Below are positions 1 to 14,420 of a stretch of DNA of 64,000 nucleotides, piece by piece. Each line of letters opens with the position of its first letter. Within the stretch, counting starts at the first letter, position 1. The notes under the pieces are model-generated. The model was given only the letters and a program-made list of their open reading frames with translations, ran no database searches and had not been told where the DNA came from. The position numbers and the translations under genes are program-made. This DNA is from Gnetum montanum (lineage: Eukaryota > Plantae > Gnetophyta): contig MNCI01000673.1 of NCBI GenBank assembly GCA_015680685.1, positions 1-64,000 on the forward strand. The letters run 5' to 3'.

Positions 1-1470
1 CAAAATAATAAGATGGCTCATGATATTACTAGAATTCAACATCACCATGAGTGACACATAAGTGATAGAGAACATAGTAGTTATTTATTTATCAAGATTA
101 TGATGAAATTCAAAATATAATAAAGAATCTTTATCAAATCAATTTTTCAACAAGTCCTTATTTATAAGAATAATAACAGTTGTAGATTCAGTGAAAAAGT
201 CCTAGATCATAGACTATATGACTTATCTAAAGTCATAAGATTTTTATACTAAATAAAATAAAAGGAAGAAGAAACTATTTCTCCATAGAGTCAAGCAACT
301 CATAAAATTTCAAAGTAATCTATATAAGCTCTATGCATATGAAATAATTCGATTTTGTGTTCCAAAAGAAAATTAGCAAAGAGTCCTACAAGATGCACAT
401 GAAGGATCATATGGTGGTTACTTGGGAAGAAGAAGGATTGCTATGAAACTTCTTATGATAGGTTACTTCTAGCTTGTCATATTCAAGGATGCACATCAAT
501 TTATATAATGTTGTAAAAGATGCTAGAAAGACATAGGGCTAACAACCAAGAATGAAGGATCATAATAATGAATAAAGTCATCTTTACTATTTTATATCAA
601 GGGAATAGATTTTATGAGGTCCATTACACTAATGTTTAATGGGAATTCATACATAATTTTGATTGTTGATTATTATACTAAGCAAAATGAGTTGTAGTTA
701 AGGATTATATAGCAATAATAGCTACGAAGGTTTTTCAACAACATGTGGTAAATAGAATTGAAGTATCTAAAATACTTATATTAAAAAATGGGTTACACTT
801 TACTAAAGTTACATTAAAGAAATTAATGCAACTTCATGGGGTTAACATTAACTCACTACATTATATTATCCCCAAGAAAATGGTCAAGCTAAAGTGACTA
901 ACAGAGAAATTACATGCATATTAACTAAAATTGTTAGTAGGCATAGAAAGGATTATAGTATTAAGCTTAATGATTCTCTATGAGGATACTAATCAATCTA
1001 GAAACTTCTTATAGAGTATTCAACCTATAAACCTATATATGAAAAGTTACCTACTCTTCCCATTGATGTAAAAATCAATATTCTAACCACTACTTATTTG
1101 ATTAAATTAAATGTATACTTTGTCTAGAAGCAATAACTAATGAACCTTAACTTCTTAGATGAAAATAAGTTAGTTTCCCAAATGTATAATGAGATTCATA
1201 AGAAGTTTACAAAATATCAACATGATGATAGGAATAGACAAGTTTTTATTAGACTAAGAGATAGAATCCTCTACTATAATGCAAGTCATATCACTCAAAA
1301 GGCTAAGTTCGAAACTTTATGAAAGGAACCCTATATTGTCCATGCAACATATCAATTTGCCACCATGAAAATATAGCATCCAACCAATTCACAAAAACAT
1401 ATCCTTATTAATATTTAACAAATCAAACCATTCCAAAAGTTTCCACCATCAATAAGCTCTACCATAGCTT
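1..1470 (+). pseudogene. Degenerate Ty3/gypsy (Athila-type) pol 3' end of element A: RNase H tail and integrase
   Basis: Translates with stops/frameshifts to IRWLMILLEFNI (RH end), HEGSYGGY...CCKRC (HHCC zinc finger), GIDFM, YPQENGQAKVTNREI (integrase core) and a GPY-like KEPYIV near 1325; ORF 1140-1322 is homologous to ORF 26095-26466. Confidence 0.9.
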
Positions 1471-2035
1471 AGACTTAAATAAAACCTTGCTAAATATTAT
1501 ACATTTTTTACATAGACAATAAACATAGAGGAGTTACCCCTAGTCTTTAGGCCTTGAGAGTTATTACATTTTTCACTTTTTCTTATTTTTCAATTCTTTG
1601 ATATCTTCCTAATTCTTAATATGTTCTTAATTCTTTAATGTCTTTCCTATTCTTTGATCTATTTAAAATTCTTATTATTTTTTATTCTTTGACATCTTTC
1701 AAATTCTTCATATGTTTTTCTATTCTTGCATATCTTTGATTCTTTATAAATTTTTCCATTCTTGAAGTACATATTTTTGTATATTTTTCTATTATTTTTG
1801 TTAACATATTTTTCTTAAAGAACTTTCTAAGCTTCTTATCTTCCTTTCCATATACCTGATTTACATCTTTCTTTGTTCTTTTAGCTCTTGGAGTGAGCAT
1901 CTCTATCATGAGGGGTACACTACACAAAGTTACAAAACTCTGCTAATGCTTGAATTATCAATTAAAGGTAAGGATTATTTCCTAAATAAAATGAATAAAA
2001 ATGACTTTTTCAAATTGAATCCAATTTAAGACAAC

Positions 2036-2901
2036 TGATGAATGGTGAATACCCCTATGATCAACCATATGAATCACTAAGCATTCACGCACGGTCCAGT
2101 CAAATTATGTGGATCCTTTGTCTTTTGATACACTAGCCTCTAGGAAGTGAACTTATCCTAACAATCATTTGTTGTCTTCCCAATTCCAATTATGATATAC
2201 AATGGTATGGTTAAGTGTAATCAAGGTGTATGATTTTTATTATTTTTATGTTTTATGTTTTGGGTGCTACAAATAAAGGATGAAAGGAATAAAGTAATTT
2301 AATTGCTAATTTAATCTAACTAACTAACCAATGTCTAACTAATCCTAACATAAGCATCTAATTCCACTTTCTATACACATCCTAAACACATACAATGCTA
2401 CTGGGTTATCAAACATTAAGCGTTACTGGGATTACCAAGCATCATGCGCATTGTTGAAGTGGTTGTACTTATGTGCCTAATTAATTGCTATTTAATCTAG
2501 CTTAATTTAGCTTGATTATCTAAAGCATTAAAGGAAATTGCATGAAATATTAAATGCATGAAGAAAATATTTAATCTAGCTAAAGTGCTTCAAGGTTTAT
2601 TAGAAAGATTGTCTTTATTACCACACACACTATTATGCTTAGGTATAGTATAATAGTTCTTGAATAAAGATCCGTGCACTCAATGACTCCTACTATGGAA
2701 ACTTGGGAAAATATTCTAAATTTAGGAAAGAAAAACTATAAGAGCTTTGCTAATCTATGATAAAAAAGACTTCCAAACCATGCATCCAAGTGTTATATTT
2801 ATAGGTCAGCACACATCCCATGATATCAGATATCTAACATCACTTTTTGGCCCTTGATATCAAATATCCAAAATCAAAGTGAAACAAAATACACTTCATC
2901 A
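2036..2901 (-). repeat. 3' LTR of element B
   Basis: Aligns end to end with 10020-10878; its reverse complement aligns with the end of LTR 13585-14420; adjacent - strand ATGGTGGTA|TGAT matches the ATGGGGGTA|TGAT PPT junction of element A. Confidence 0.9.
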
Positions 2902-4525
2902 TACCACCATAACTAAACAAAAAGAGGACCAAGTCCCTTATAAAATATTAAGAAGTTATGGGATTATTGACTAATATGCAAATTGACTCAAACGAAACAG
3001 AAAAATTCTAAGTGCCCAAGTGTACAAATTTAAAGTCCTTAACAAAAATGGATGTTCATGATAATAGAATTTAACACCCTAGCCAAAACTGACATCCAAC
3101 TTCTCTGGTAGCTAAAGATCAAGGAAGAAGATTTAATGATTATGAAGGGACCTCATCGCATGGTGCTACTACTTATTCCTTGGTGAAGATAGTCCTACAT
3201 CCATACTTCCCACTACAATCACATCAAAATCATAGATTAGTATACAATGTGTGACTTATAGCTTTTAGATACCTTATCTCATCGGCAATTATACTCGGCT
3301 AGGTTGTGATTATGGTGGATTAATTCTTTTAATAGTATTTGATTTTTGTAGCTATTAGAGTTTGTTGAAAGGTTTTAACTTCATGGATTGATGTTGTTAG
3401 TGTTAGTCCTTTGTTAAACATTTGAGGAAGTTAGAAAAATTTGAAATAAAAAATTGGTTATTAGAAAAAACCTAAGTGGCCCCCATGACATAAACCATAC
3501 CTTCGGTAGCAAGAAGACTAAAAAATGGATGAAATTGATAATTGATTATCATTAAATGCTTGAATAGTATTAAAGAATTTACAAATACAAAAAAGAGGCT
3601 TTTACTAAAAAACATTGTGAAGATGTGCACACTTGGAAGTCATCGATGGGGCATGCAAAAGGATTTAATTGTGAGAATGCCTGAGGATAAGGAATTTAAC
3701 TATCCCAACCAAAAAGTATGCAAGTGGATCCTCCCCAAAGTAGGTACATGTCCTTTGTTTCCCTTGTATATCCTCAAACCAAGGAGTCCATAGGCCCTAT
3801 GGGTGATTAATGGTTACAGAGATTTAAGTACAAAAATCTAGAAGAAGCTACTTAAGAATTTTGACACATCAAACCAAAACATCGAACAAGGACATGAATA
3901 TGAGTAGTAGGTAAAGCATGGAAAGCATAGATGGATGAGAGAGAAAAAGTGTAATGAAGTTCTTGATTAAGGTCACATAAAGACCCTCATGAATTTTGGG
4001 GTTAAATGACTTGATAAAATTCATCCTTAGTCTAGACCAAAACCAACCATGTTTAGTGACTTTGCATTGCCACTTTAAGACTGGTCCACCCCCTTGAGAC
4101 ACAAGTGGCTCACATAGATCAAACATTGTTCCTTATTTAATAAGAAAAGTGAAGTAGGAAGTGAGAAAGAACCTTAGTTAGAGGGGACCATCAAGCATGG
4201 ATAACATGTCAATATAGTCCCATAACTAGTGCTTGTAGCTTGTTTATTTTGTCTAAGGGGTGTGCTTTGAATTTGCATCGTCTGTTCGTTTTTATGAATG
4301 GGAATCACACCATGGAAAGACTTATTCAACTTCCTTTTATAGGTTAACAAGGAACATTAAGAGATCCATGGAAAACACACTTGTAAAGACTTTTTTTTTG
4401 GTTTGAAACATGCACTATCTAGGCATAGTAAAAATCATTAATATCGTTGGACAAACCCTAAGAGAAAAATAATTTTAAAATAAAATAATAATTTAAGCAT
4501 ACTGATATCTTATTCTAATTACAAA

Positions 4526-7500
4526 ATGTCTTCTTCTCACAAGTGTGATGATAATAAATCAGCAATGCCTTAAGAATGCAGGGTGGTATATACTCATCCA
4601 GATGAGTATGTACCTGACCTCACCTTCATCTTGCATTAGGATGAACAACTGTAGTGGTGAGAAATGGATGGAAACATTCTAATGCCTCTTAATTGATTTG
4701 TGCCTACGATGCTACTCCAAACTCTTAAGAGGTTGGGCATCCAAGATCTCTAAGAAGAGTACATTATGCATGACCATGACTATTGGGACTACCATCTCAC
4801 TAAAACACAACGTAGGAGAGATTGACGTAAGGAGAAGCACCATGAGGTTATGATAGGGGAACGATTCACCAACCTTGTTCCTACTAAACCAAAATAACAA
4901 TGAGGATCCTCCCTCTAGGGGTTCTCACCATGAAGATTCTCCACCCCTTGATATTGGTGATGGGGGCTTGAACCTGAATCTACAATCCAGTATCAACAAT
5001 CCAAGTTTAGGCAAAAGTGGGAGTCAAAGAAAGGGCTTAAGAAACCATCAAGATGACAAGAAAGCTGAAAAATGTGGTTGTGAAAAGTGTAGTGGAGGTG
5101 GAAAATACCATGGTGGTGGCAATCCTCCTTCCTCTTTGCCCTCTTCATTTACATCTTCTTTTTCCTCTTCTAGTTTTAATAGATGCCACAAAAAGAACAA
5201 CCATGATGAAGGTGAAGAGTGGGACAATGATAATCATAGAGACCACCATGAATGAAGGGGTAGCAAAGGACATTATAGGAATCATCAAAATAATGATGAT
5301 GATGAGCCTTTACTAGTAACTCAAAGCATGCTAAATATTGTAGAGGTAATAAAAATTTCAACCAGACATATCAAAGATAGTTAGATCAAGTGACTTGACA
5401 TGAACAATATCCCCAGATTTGAGGGAGGATATAACTCTAATCTGCAAACACATCTTTAAGCCTTTCACAATGCATGTTCCTTATAGAATATTTAAACTGA
5501 TTGGTAGAAATTAAGATATTTTCTAGGACATTCATCAATGAAGTAGAAAGTTGGTATCAATCCTTGGAGTAAGAATCCATCCATAGGTGGAGTATAATGC
5601 TAGAGCTATTCAATAATAAATATCAAACATACTCCTAAGTCTCAAATTTGAAAAGATAGATCCAAGGATGAAAGCAAGAAACGCATGAACCCTTGGATGC
5701 CTCCATGGGTAGATTCTATTCTCTTATACACCAATGCCCTAGCCATGATTATTCTCATTGGGAACAACTTCTCCACATAATAGATGAACTCAAATAAAAA
5801 ATGAGAAGAACTCTTGGGATCTATTTCCAAGGAAGACTATCATAACTTAGAGTCCATTAGATCCAAAGGTTGATAGAGTAGGTAGAAAAATAAGAAGAAG
5901 AGCTGAGGAAATAGGAAAGTGATAATGAATATAATAGGACTATTTCCATTAGAAAAAGGAAATTCTAATTTTGCAATAATAAAAAGTAGTCACAACTTGA
6001 TGAGGTGGTGTAGTGAAAGACCTTACCAATCCAAAAATTTATTTTTGATATATCATCCAAAGTTGATAAATTATGGAACTCTTTGGATGAAAAATTCCAA
6101 ATTACTCTAAAAATTGTAGAAGAATCAAGAGAGCAAAGTAGTGATGGTGATCATAGAAGGTAGAGAGAAGCTGAACGTGCCCACCAAAGGGGTAAGGGCA
6201 AAGCTACTATAGTAGAAGAAGTTGTGGAGACAGAATTAGATGATGATGGTCAATGTGAAATTTTCCAATACAAACATCCTAAATGATGTTGCCCTGTCAT
6301 GTCACACTTGTAGGAATTTGGGATGTATGCACTGGATTCTGGACTAGCAAGAAGGCAAGCACCTAGAAGATGCCTTATCCTCAAGATAACCCAAGGTAGT
6401 TCCACTAGCAACAACAAGCTTATTATCCAAGTAGAGCTTTACCACAACCAAATGAGCAAGACCAGTAGTGGCAGCACCCATAGTCATGGGGGATGCCACC
6501 ACAAATGTATTAGTACCCTTATCAGCAACCAAATCCATATGGATACTATATTCAGTAACTCATTTCTTCATGTGACTCTTTCATTCATGCCACCTACCAA
6601 CACTACTACCCTCCTAAGTATTACCAAACTCATTCTCCATCTACTAGAGGGGAGTCCTCACATCCATATTACCCTCCTCATCTTTCTACATATATCCCTC
6701 CATCCTCAACCTTATTACTACTTGCTCTATTAATGTAGGAAGAAATTCCACCTCAGCCATAACAATGCAATACAATGAGGGATGTTAATCTATAGCTAGC
6801 TCTTAAGGTGGGTGGTTCAAAAACTAGGTCAAGAAAAAGACCTTTTTTCTAAACCAACAAACCAACTAAACCCTTATATACACCTACAGTTAGCAACCCT
6901 ACTTCTCCATCTTCCTCTGCATCTAATTCATTCAAGTCCCCTTTAAAATAAACACCCTCAAAAGTGCATACCATCATGTTAACTCATGTAGTAACTAATT
7001 TGATTAAGGTTGGCCACCTTCCTAGGAAATTATCTAATCCTAGAAGTTCCATTATTTACCTTTAAATCATTGGGAATGAGCCTTGCAAGGCTCTTCTAGA
7101 TTTAGGTTCTGATGTTAATATGATTTTTCATGATATGTAAAAATCTTAGAACCTACCTCCACTCAAGAAGAGCAACATCTATCTCAAGTTGACTGATTAG
7201 TCCATTACTATTCCCTTGGGACTAGTGAAAGAACATTTTAACCACCATTTGTGGGTGGTATTACCCTACTGATTTCCTGGTGATCTGAGTGGACAATTGC
7301 AAGGGGGACTTCTCAATCATCATGGGAAGGGCTTGGCTAAGCACTATTGATGCATGATTGAAGATCTAAGATCTTTTCCTTAAAATCTCTAAAGAAATTA
7401 CATTCAGAAAGATCAAGAGTAAGAAAGTTCCATGCATCGCATATAGTGATACAGGGTGCAACTGTGTGCAGAAACTATGGGCTATTAACAATGTATCTAT

Positions 7501-10004
7501 CAAACCATGTAGTTAATGTGATGATATATCTAAAATTCAAAGGTTCCTATACATAGTAGCCACATAGTAGGAGGACATCCAGTGGCTGATAGTTGACCTT
7601 AAGAGTATCTCAACACTTTGCATGAAACCTGCTGAAAGCCTAACATGTGCCTACGTGGAAGGCATGGATGAATTGAAAAAGGTTCATCACCAACTCTTTG
7701 ATGATGCAAATGATGATACCTTTAGGAAAGAGTTGAAAATTTCCAAAAATTTTAAACAAGATCCCCTTGACTTCAAAACTCTACCTACTAGTATGGAATA
7801 TGCATTTGTGAAAAATGAGAAGCTGGTAATAATCAATGCAAATCTTGCTCTTGAACAAAAATAGATGCTACTAAAGGTGGTAAAAAAATGGTGAACATTC
7901 TTTGCTTAGTAATATCCTAAACTCATAAGGATTGATCCTAGGATATGCCTACATTGTATCTACACTGATCCAACCATGAAGCCAAAGAGGTAGCTACACT
8001 AGTGGTAGTTGAATTCCAAATTGAAGCAGATCATCAAAGAGGAAATAAAAAATCTCCTCAAGGTGGATTTTATCTATTCCATTGTAGATAGTGAGTGGGT
8101 TTGCCTACTTGTGATTGTGCCAAAGAAAGGTGGCAAGTGGCAAGTCTCCATCAACTTCTAACTATTGAATATGGAAACATTCAAAGATCACTTTCCATTA
8201 TCATTTTTAAATCAAGTGTTAGACACTATATCTAGGTATTTCTATTATAGCTTCTTAAATTATTATAGTGACTAAAACCAAATTCATATTGCATGAGAAG
8301 ACTAGGCCATAACGACATTCATGAGTCCTTGGGGAACTTTTTCATATCAAAAGATGCCTTTTGGCCTGTGCAATGCTCCTATAAAATTCTAATGCTTGGT
8401 CTTGAGCATTTTTTTAGCAACAAATCGATAGCAGGATGGAAGTCTTGATGGATGAATTCTTTACCTATGGGGCTACATTTGAGCAAGTCTTGGATTGCCT
8501 TGAGAAAGTGCTTAAAAGGTGTATGGAGATGAACCTTCAGCTCAATTGGTAGAAGAGACATTTGATGATCTAGAAGGGTATTGTACAGGGGCATAGAATT
8601 TCTCAGGAAATGATTAAGGTAGATCTTGAAAAAATTAGGGCTGCCCATCAACCAAAAACTATAAAATATGTTCAATAATCCCTTAGATACACTAGTTACT
8701 ACTAAAGATTCATAGAAAATTCCTCTAAGATCACAAAACTATAGGTCAAACTGACAAAGAAAGATGCTTCATTTTTTTAGACCAAGAAATGTGAAAATTT
8801 ATTCCAATAGCTAAAGGAAAAACTCATAGAAACTCCAATTCTATGAGCACCAGACTAGTCTAGACCATTTCACATCATGAAAAATGCATCAAATTATGCC
8901 TTGGAGATCTTACATAGCTAGACAATTAGAAACACCCTTATTGCATTCACTATGCAAGTCAAATCATTGTGGATGCACAGCTAAATTACACCACCTTAGA
9001 AAAGGAATTGATTGCCATGATGTTTTCCTTTGAGAAATTTAGGCACTATGTGCTTGGATACAAGGTGTTCATGTACATGGACAACAATACAATTATCTTC
9101 CTAATGAATAAGCCAATGGTGAGCCCCCATGTCATATGGTTGCTAGTGATCTTGCAAGAATTCAATATTACAATAGTAGATCAAAAGTAAACTAAGAATG
9201 TGGTTGCTAACCACTTGTCTTAGTTGAGATGGGACAACAAAGAGGAGGAAAGCCCTCTTTCTGATTAGTTTCCTAATAATCTCCTCTTTGCCAAGCCTAT
9301 AACTAAACAATTGTCCACTAAACCTAAATGGTACAATGACATTCTCATTTATCTTTACACTAAAGAGATGCCACAAGAGCTAGATTGCAAGAAAAAATAA
9401 TAGTTTTTTCACTAGGTGAAACACTTCATGGAGATCTATAGGCACCTCTACAAAGTGTGTGCTTATGGTCTGGTTCATTGGTGTGTCCTTGATGCTGATC
9501 AACTATGTGTTCTCCAAGACACTCATGAGGGTCCTTGTGGGGGCTAGTATGTAGGGAGATGCATAGCCATTAAGATCCTAATGGTAGGATATTATTGACT
9601 AATGCTTTTTAGAAATGGTCATCAATATGTTAGCTCTTGTAAATGTTGCCAATGCGATGGTGAAATGAATGCTAATATGGAGGATCCTTAACAATGGATC
9701 CAACCACCGGAACCCTTCAACATCTAGGGCATTAACTTCATGGGTCCCATCATGTCCATGTCAAATCGAAAGGCATACATCATAGTCGATGTTGACTATT
9801 ATACAAAATGGGTAGAAGTAGTAGTGGTCATCAACTGTACATCTTCTACTATTTCTTAGTTTATACAATAGAATGTTGTAAATAAGTTTGGTATGCCACA
9901 TGCATTACTTTTTGATAATAAAACCCACTGTACATGCACTATGTTTCAAAAGCTCATGAAACATTTTGGGGGCTAAACATAAATTAACAACACCTTATCA
10001 TCCC
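4526..10004 (+). pseudogene. Degenerate gag-pol (gag, protease, RT, RNase H, 5' two-thirds of integrase) inside element B
   Basis: ALLDLGSDVN protease (~7090), MPFGLCNAP (~8355), NASNYALG and NYTTLEKELIAMMFSFEKFRHY (RH), HEGPCGG..CKCC (~9525-9650), GINFMGP, ending at LTTPYHP; collinear with element C. Confidence 0.9.
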
Positions 10005-10019
10005 TAGAAATAGCACCAA
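10001..10019 (-). promoter_or_regulatory. Primer-binding site (tRNA-Asp type) of element B
   Basis: - strand TTGGTGCTATTTCTAGGGA abuts the LTR end; a degenerate form of the Athila PBS TGGCGCCGTTGCCGGGGA. Confidence 0.75.
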
Positions 10020-10878
10020 TGATGAATGGCAAATACCCTTACACTCAACCATAAGAATCAGTAGGCATTCATGCACAATTTGGTCAAATTTTGTGGACCC
10101 TTTATCTTCTGGTACACTAGCCTCTAGGAAGTGAACTTATCCTAATAGTCATTCATTATCTTCCCAATTACACTTATGATATGCAAATGTATGGTTAAGT
10201 GTAATCGAGGTGTATGAATTTTATTATTTTTATGTTTTATATTTTGGTTGCTTAAAATAAAGGATAACATGAACGAAGTAATTAATTACTAATTTAATCT
10301 AACTAACTAACCAATGTTTAACTAATCCTAACATAAGCATTCGAGCCCATTTTCTATACAAATTTTAAACATGTACAACATTGTTAGATTACCAAACATT
10401 AAGCATTACTAGGATTACCAAGTGTCATGTGCATGCTTGAAGTGGTCATACTTATGTGCTTATTCTAGCTTAATTTAGCTTAATTACTTAAAGCATTAAA
10501 GGAAATTGCAAAAAATATTAAATGCATGAAGAAATTATTTAATCTAGCCAAAGTGCTACAAGGTTTATCAAAAAGCTCATCTTTATTGTCACACACACTA
10601 CCATGCTTAGGTATAATACTGCTTGAATAAAGATTCATACACTCAATAACTCCTACTGCAAGCACTTGGAAAAATATTCTAACTCTAGAAAAGAAAAATT
10701 GTAATAGCTTTGCTATATTATGATAAAAAATACTCTCAAACCATGCATCCAAGTGTTATATTTATATGCTAGCACACATCCAACAATATTGGATATCTGA
10801 CATCTCTTCTTGGCCCCCAATATCAAATATCTGATATCAAGGCTCTGATATCAAAGCCAGACATAATAAACTTCATCA
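10020..10878 (-). repeat. 5' LTR of element B
   Basis: Homologous to 2036-2901, TG..CA ends, followed on - by the PBS. Confidence 0.9.
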
Positions 10879-11219
10879 TCAACAAATTCCAAATTCTTTC
10901 TTAAGGAACATTTTATAATTTTTCAATGATAGGTCAAGGATAAGTGACTATTAATGATCTTTTGAATATTTTAATTACTAGAAAATTATTCAAATAAGGA
11001 CTTTCCAAAAATTCAGAAATTCATAACACTATAATCCAAATTAAAATTGAATTTCTTAATAAAACCCAAAATCTAATAAGAGGTTACGAACTATTAGGAA
11101 TTTTTCCAAAATTTTTGAATGATTCTAGAATTCCATGTGAATGTAGATGTCTCCATAATAAGTATCCAAAGCTAGTGATCATCTTAATACAATAAGAAAA
11201 CACACAAAGGGAGTAGAGG

Positions 11220-13370
11220 ATGGGATGTAGAACAAAATTCTACCGTGAAATAGAAGGCACAATTCTACTCCATCTAGAAGCTTATACAAAGTATAGGATA
11301 GTTTCCACAAGTAGAAGCTATAAACCCACCATCTGCTCTAGAACTAGACCAAGGTTAACACTTGTAGATGGTTATCTCCATGCCAAAAATTATAAATCCA
11401 TCATGTCCACTATCATTATGGAACTTAACTTTGGCACATTTATGAAGTTTACACCTATAGAGATGCATGAATAGCTACAAGCATCACTCTTTTGGCCCAC
11501 AATTTCTAACAATGAATGATACCTATGGGAGGCTTACCAATTTTAACATAATCAACAAGACGATGCCATAGTGAAGATTGAAGATATTACAATACCTTAT
11601 TTAGGTAATGTCATTATCATAGCTCTTAATCTATCAAATACTATAACCAACATTACTTAGATTTCTATAAGGTCTTACATTAATGCAAGAAACATGTCAT
11701 TGCAAAAAGCTTATGGGATAGCTAAAAAGAAATATAATGAATTGTTCACTACCAACAAATAATTTCAACATATGTTGCTAGAGGAATTACTATCGTAATG
11801 GGGAAATTCAAAGTAAACATGGTTCATCTACTATTTTTGGAGATTCAAAAAAGATTTAAAAATAAAACATGAAAACCTATACTTTCATGAAAAATAGTAA
11901 TAGATCATATTAAGGAATCTTATAATGTTCTAATTATGTCACCATCTAACATTTCAAGAGCAAGGAATGTTCATGCTCTAGTAAGAACATCAAAAAATGA
12001 TAAGGGAAAAGGAAAGAAACTCATGATTCTAGTACAACATGAGGATGCATTAGACATATTGATGTAGATAAGATAAGTGATGCAAAATCTTTTTGATATC
12101 CATAGTGATGTCATTGTAGTACATTCTGAGTTAGTCTCAATCAATGGATTGCAAAGATTAGAATGCAACATGCAAATGAAAAAGTACAAAGATTGTAGAG
12201 AGAATTAAATCAACTTTACCTAGAAAATAAGATCCTACATAATATGCAGCACTAGAACAACTAAAATAGTTTAAAGATGACTAGACAACCAAATGATGTC
12301 AAGAAAAAAGCAACTATAGATGGAAAGGAAAAAAGCAACTTGGGATGCATACACTACAAATGCTAAACCTTATGTCCGTGTTAAGATCATTGCTAAACCA
12401 AAAGAGAAAAAAATAAAAGAATTTCTACTGAAAATTGAGGTTGACCAGTATTGAAAAAAGGGAAAACATCTATTTAAAGACAGTATCAACTAGTTAAGAG
12501 AATAGTTTGATTATGTCAACCTAGATATAAGATAACTGACCAGAGAAAATAGAACCTTATCAATAAAGAAAATGTATGAAGTCTAGTAGAATGCACTAAT
12601 TTCAATGACAGAATTCTGCCATTGAAATTAGTTCATGGTAAAATGACACCAAAAAGTACGAGAAGCTTAAGAAATACTTTAGAGATTAGGAGGGCATCTA
12701 TAAGCAAATCAATGAGAAGGGAATTCAAATTTCTAGAGACAAGCTCAATTCAATCACATAGTAGCTATTTGATTGGCAAATGATCTTGGGTAGGCTCACC
12801 TCAATTCATCAAGTAGAGATAAAAAATAAAGACTTGCAAATTCAATACTTAATAGAGTACATAGAGTTGACAAATCTGCATTAGAGCAACTTATCCATTT
12901 AACAGTATGTAGGCCAACAACAAAATTAGAATAACAACTAGCAACAATGTACTCAATGTACAAGAAGGAGTTTGTGGGCAAAAACAAAAATCCTGAAAAA
13001 AGCTCCACATTGCAATCTTTAAAATCCAAATTGTAAAGGTTAGTTATTAGGATCAAAAAGATGTAGCAACAAGCTTGATCGAGAGAATGATAGAATATTA
13101 GGAATTGTAAAAACATAAGAAGGAGTTTGAATTAGAAAGAGTGTAGTTTGTAGCATTTTACATGAAGGTAAATGAGTTGTTTCCACAACTACCATGTTTC
13201 TAGAAGGTACCAACACTAGAAAACACATCAAAGTAACAGAAAATTCATGATCCAAAGATAGAAGAGGAAAAGCTAAGAGACTATTGAGCAAATACCAATT
13301 CAAATAGCCTAATGACAAAGGAAGGAAACTAATGAAATAGGAAATGAGAGTACTAAGAACTTAAATAACT
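11220..13370 (+). pseudogene. Decayed extra (env-like position) ORF of element A
   Basis: Coding-like sequence between pol and PPT, readable through stops (LFWPT..YLWEAYQF..DDAIVKIEDITIPY..IALNL), with a K/E/Q-rich coiled-coil-like C-terminal half. Confidence 0.55.
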
Positions 13371-13584
13371 ACATGACGCATTTGTTTTGTTTTGTATGTC
13401 TAATAGCTCATTTATGTATCAATCATGTGTTACATGATAATTTTGTAAATTACTTGAACAAAGATCCAACATTCATATTTAGTTAGTCATAGTTATTGAT
13501 TCTATGTAACTCTACAATTTTGTAACAACTTTATCCTCCGTTTGTTTTAACTCAAGGATGATTTTATAGTCAATCATGGGGGTA

Positions 13585-14420
13585 TGATATATCAAGTTTT
13601 TCATCCTTGACTACAATATTGTAGCTCTATATATAATTTCATAGATGTTATGTAGTGGGCCATGATCATGCTTATAAATATGAGCCTACTATCATGTCAA
13701 ATATCTCCTTTAGTAAAACCCTTAGTGAAACTATTAAATTTTGTTTTAGTAAACTTAATAATAGTTATGAATGCTTATAGTGCAATGACTAATAGTTGCA
13801 CACCATCTTTATTTGAGTGAATTGTGCCTAGAAGCATTCCATGACTAGAAATAAAGATTGAGATTATTTCTCATCATAACAACATTTTACTTAGATTAGA
13901 TTTACTTTTTTATATTATTAACATTCTAATGAAATTTATATTCCAATGACTACTAGTCAATTGGTAGAATAAGTACAACTAATATTGAATACAAAAATAT
14001 GATCATTTGATAACCCAGTAATGGCTAAGCTTGATCTACTCAATATCCAGTCACTTGGTAATCTCAATAATGGTTATATTAGCCTAGGATGTGTTCAACA
14101 AGTTGGAAACAAATACTTATCACCATTAGGCTAGAATAGCTTTTCAATTACATTGTTCTTAATTAATAGAATTCATACTTAATTTATTATGTTTGACAGT
14201 ATTATCCTAAGGGCCATTTAATATCATATAATCATATATCTCACTTGGAGTTAAACTATATATTTTAAATCTCACTAACTCTAGTGAGAAGACAACAATA
14301 ATTAACTTATCATTAGCTTTCTAGTATACTTATATTGTTCCATCCACGGATTATGATCTAGTTACATATGTGCACTTATAACTTGTATGGTTAAGTATTC
14401 GGTACTCTTACTACTCATCA
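13585..14420 (+). repeat. 3' LTR of element A, preceded by PPT (CATGGGGGTA)
   Basis: TGAT...CATCA ends; 3' part homologous to the LTRs of B (reverse) and C. Confidence 0.8.

Larger units (their letters stand above)
2036..10878 (-). mobile_element. Athila-type LTR retrotransposon B nested in the post-pol region of element A, internally rearranged
   Basis: Two homologous LTRs (2036-2901, 10020-10878), both TGATG...CATCA; flanks ACAAC/TCAAC (4/5 TSD); PBS and PPT on the - strand. Confidence 0.85.
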
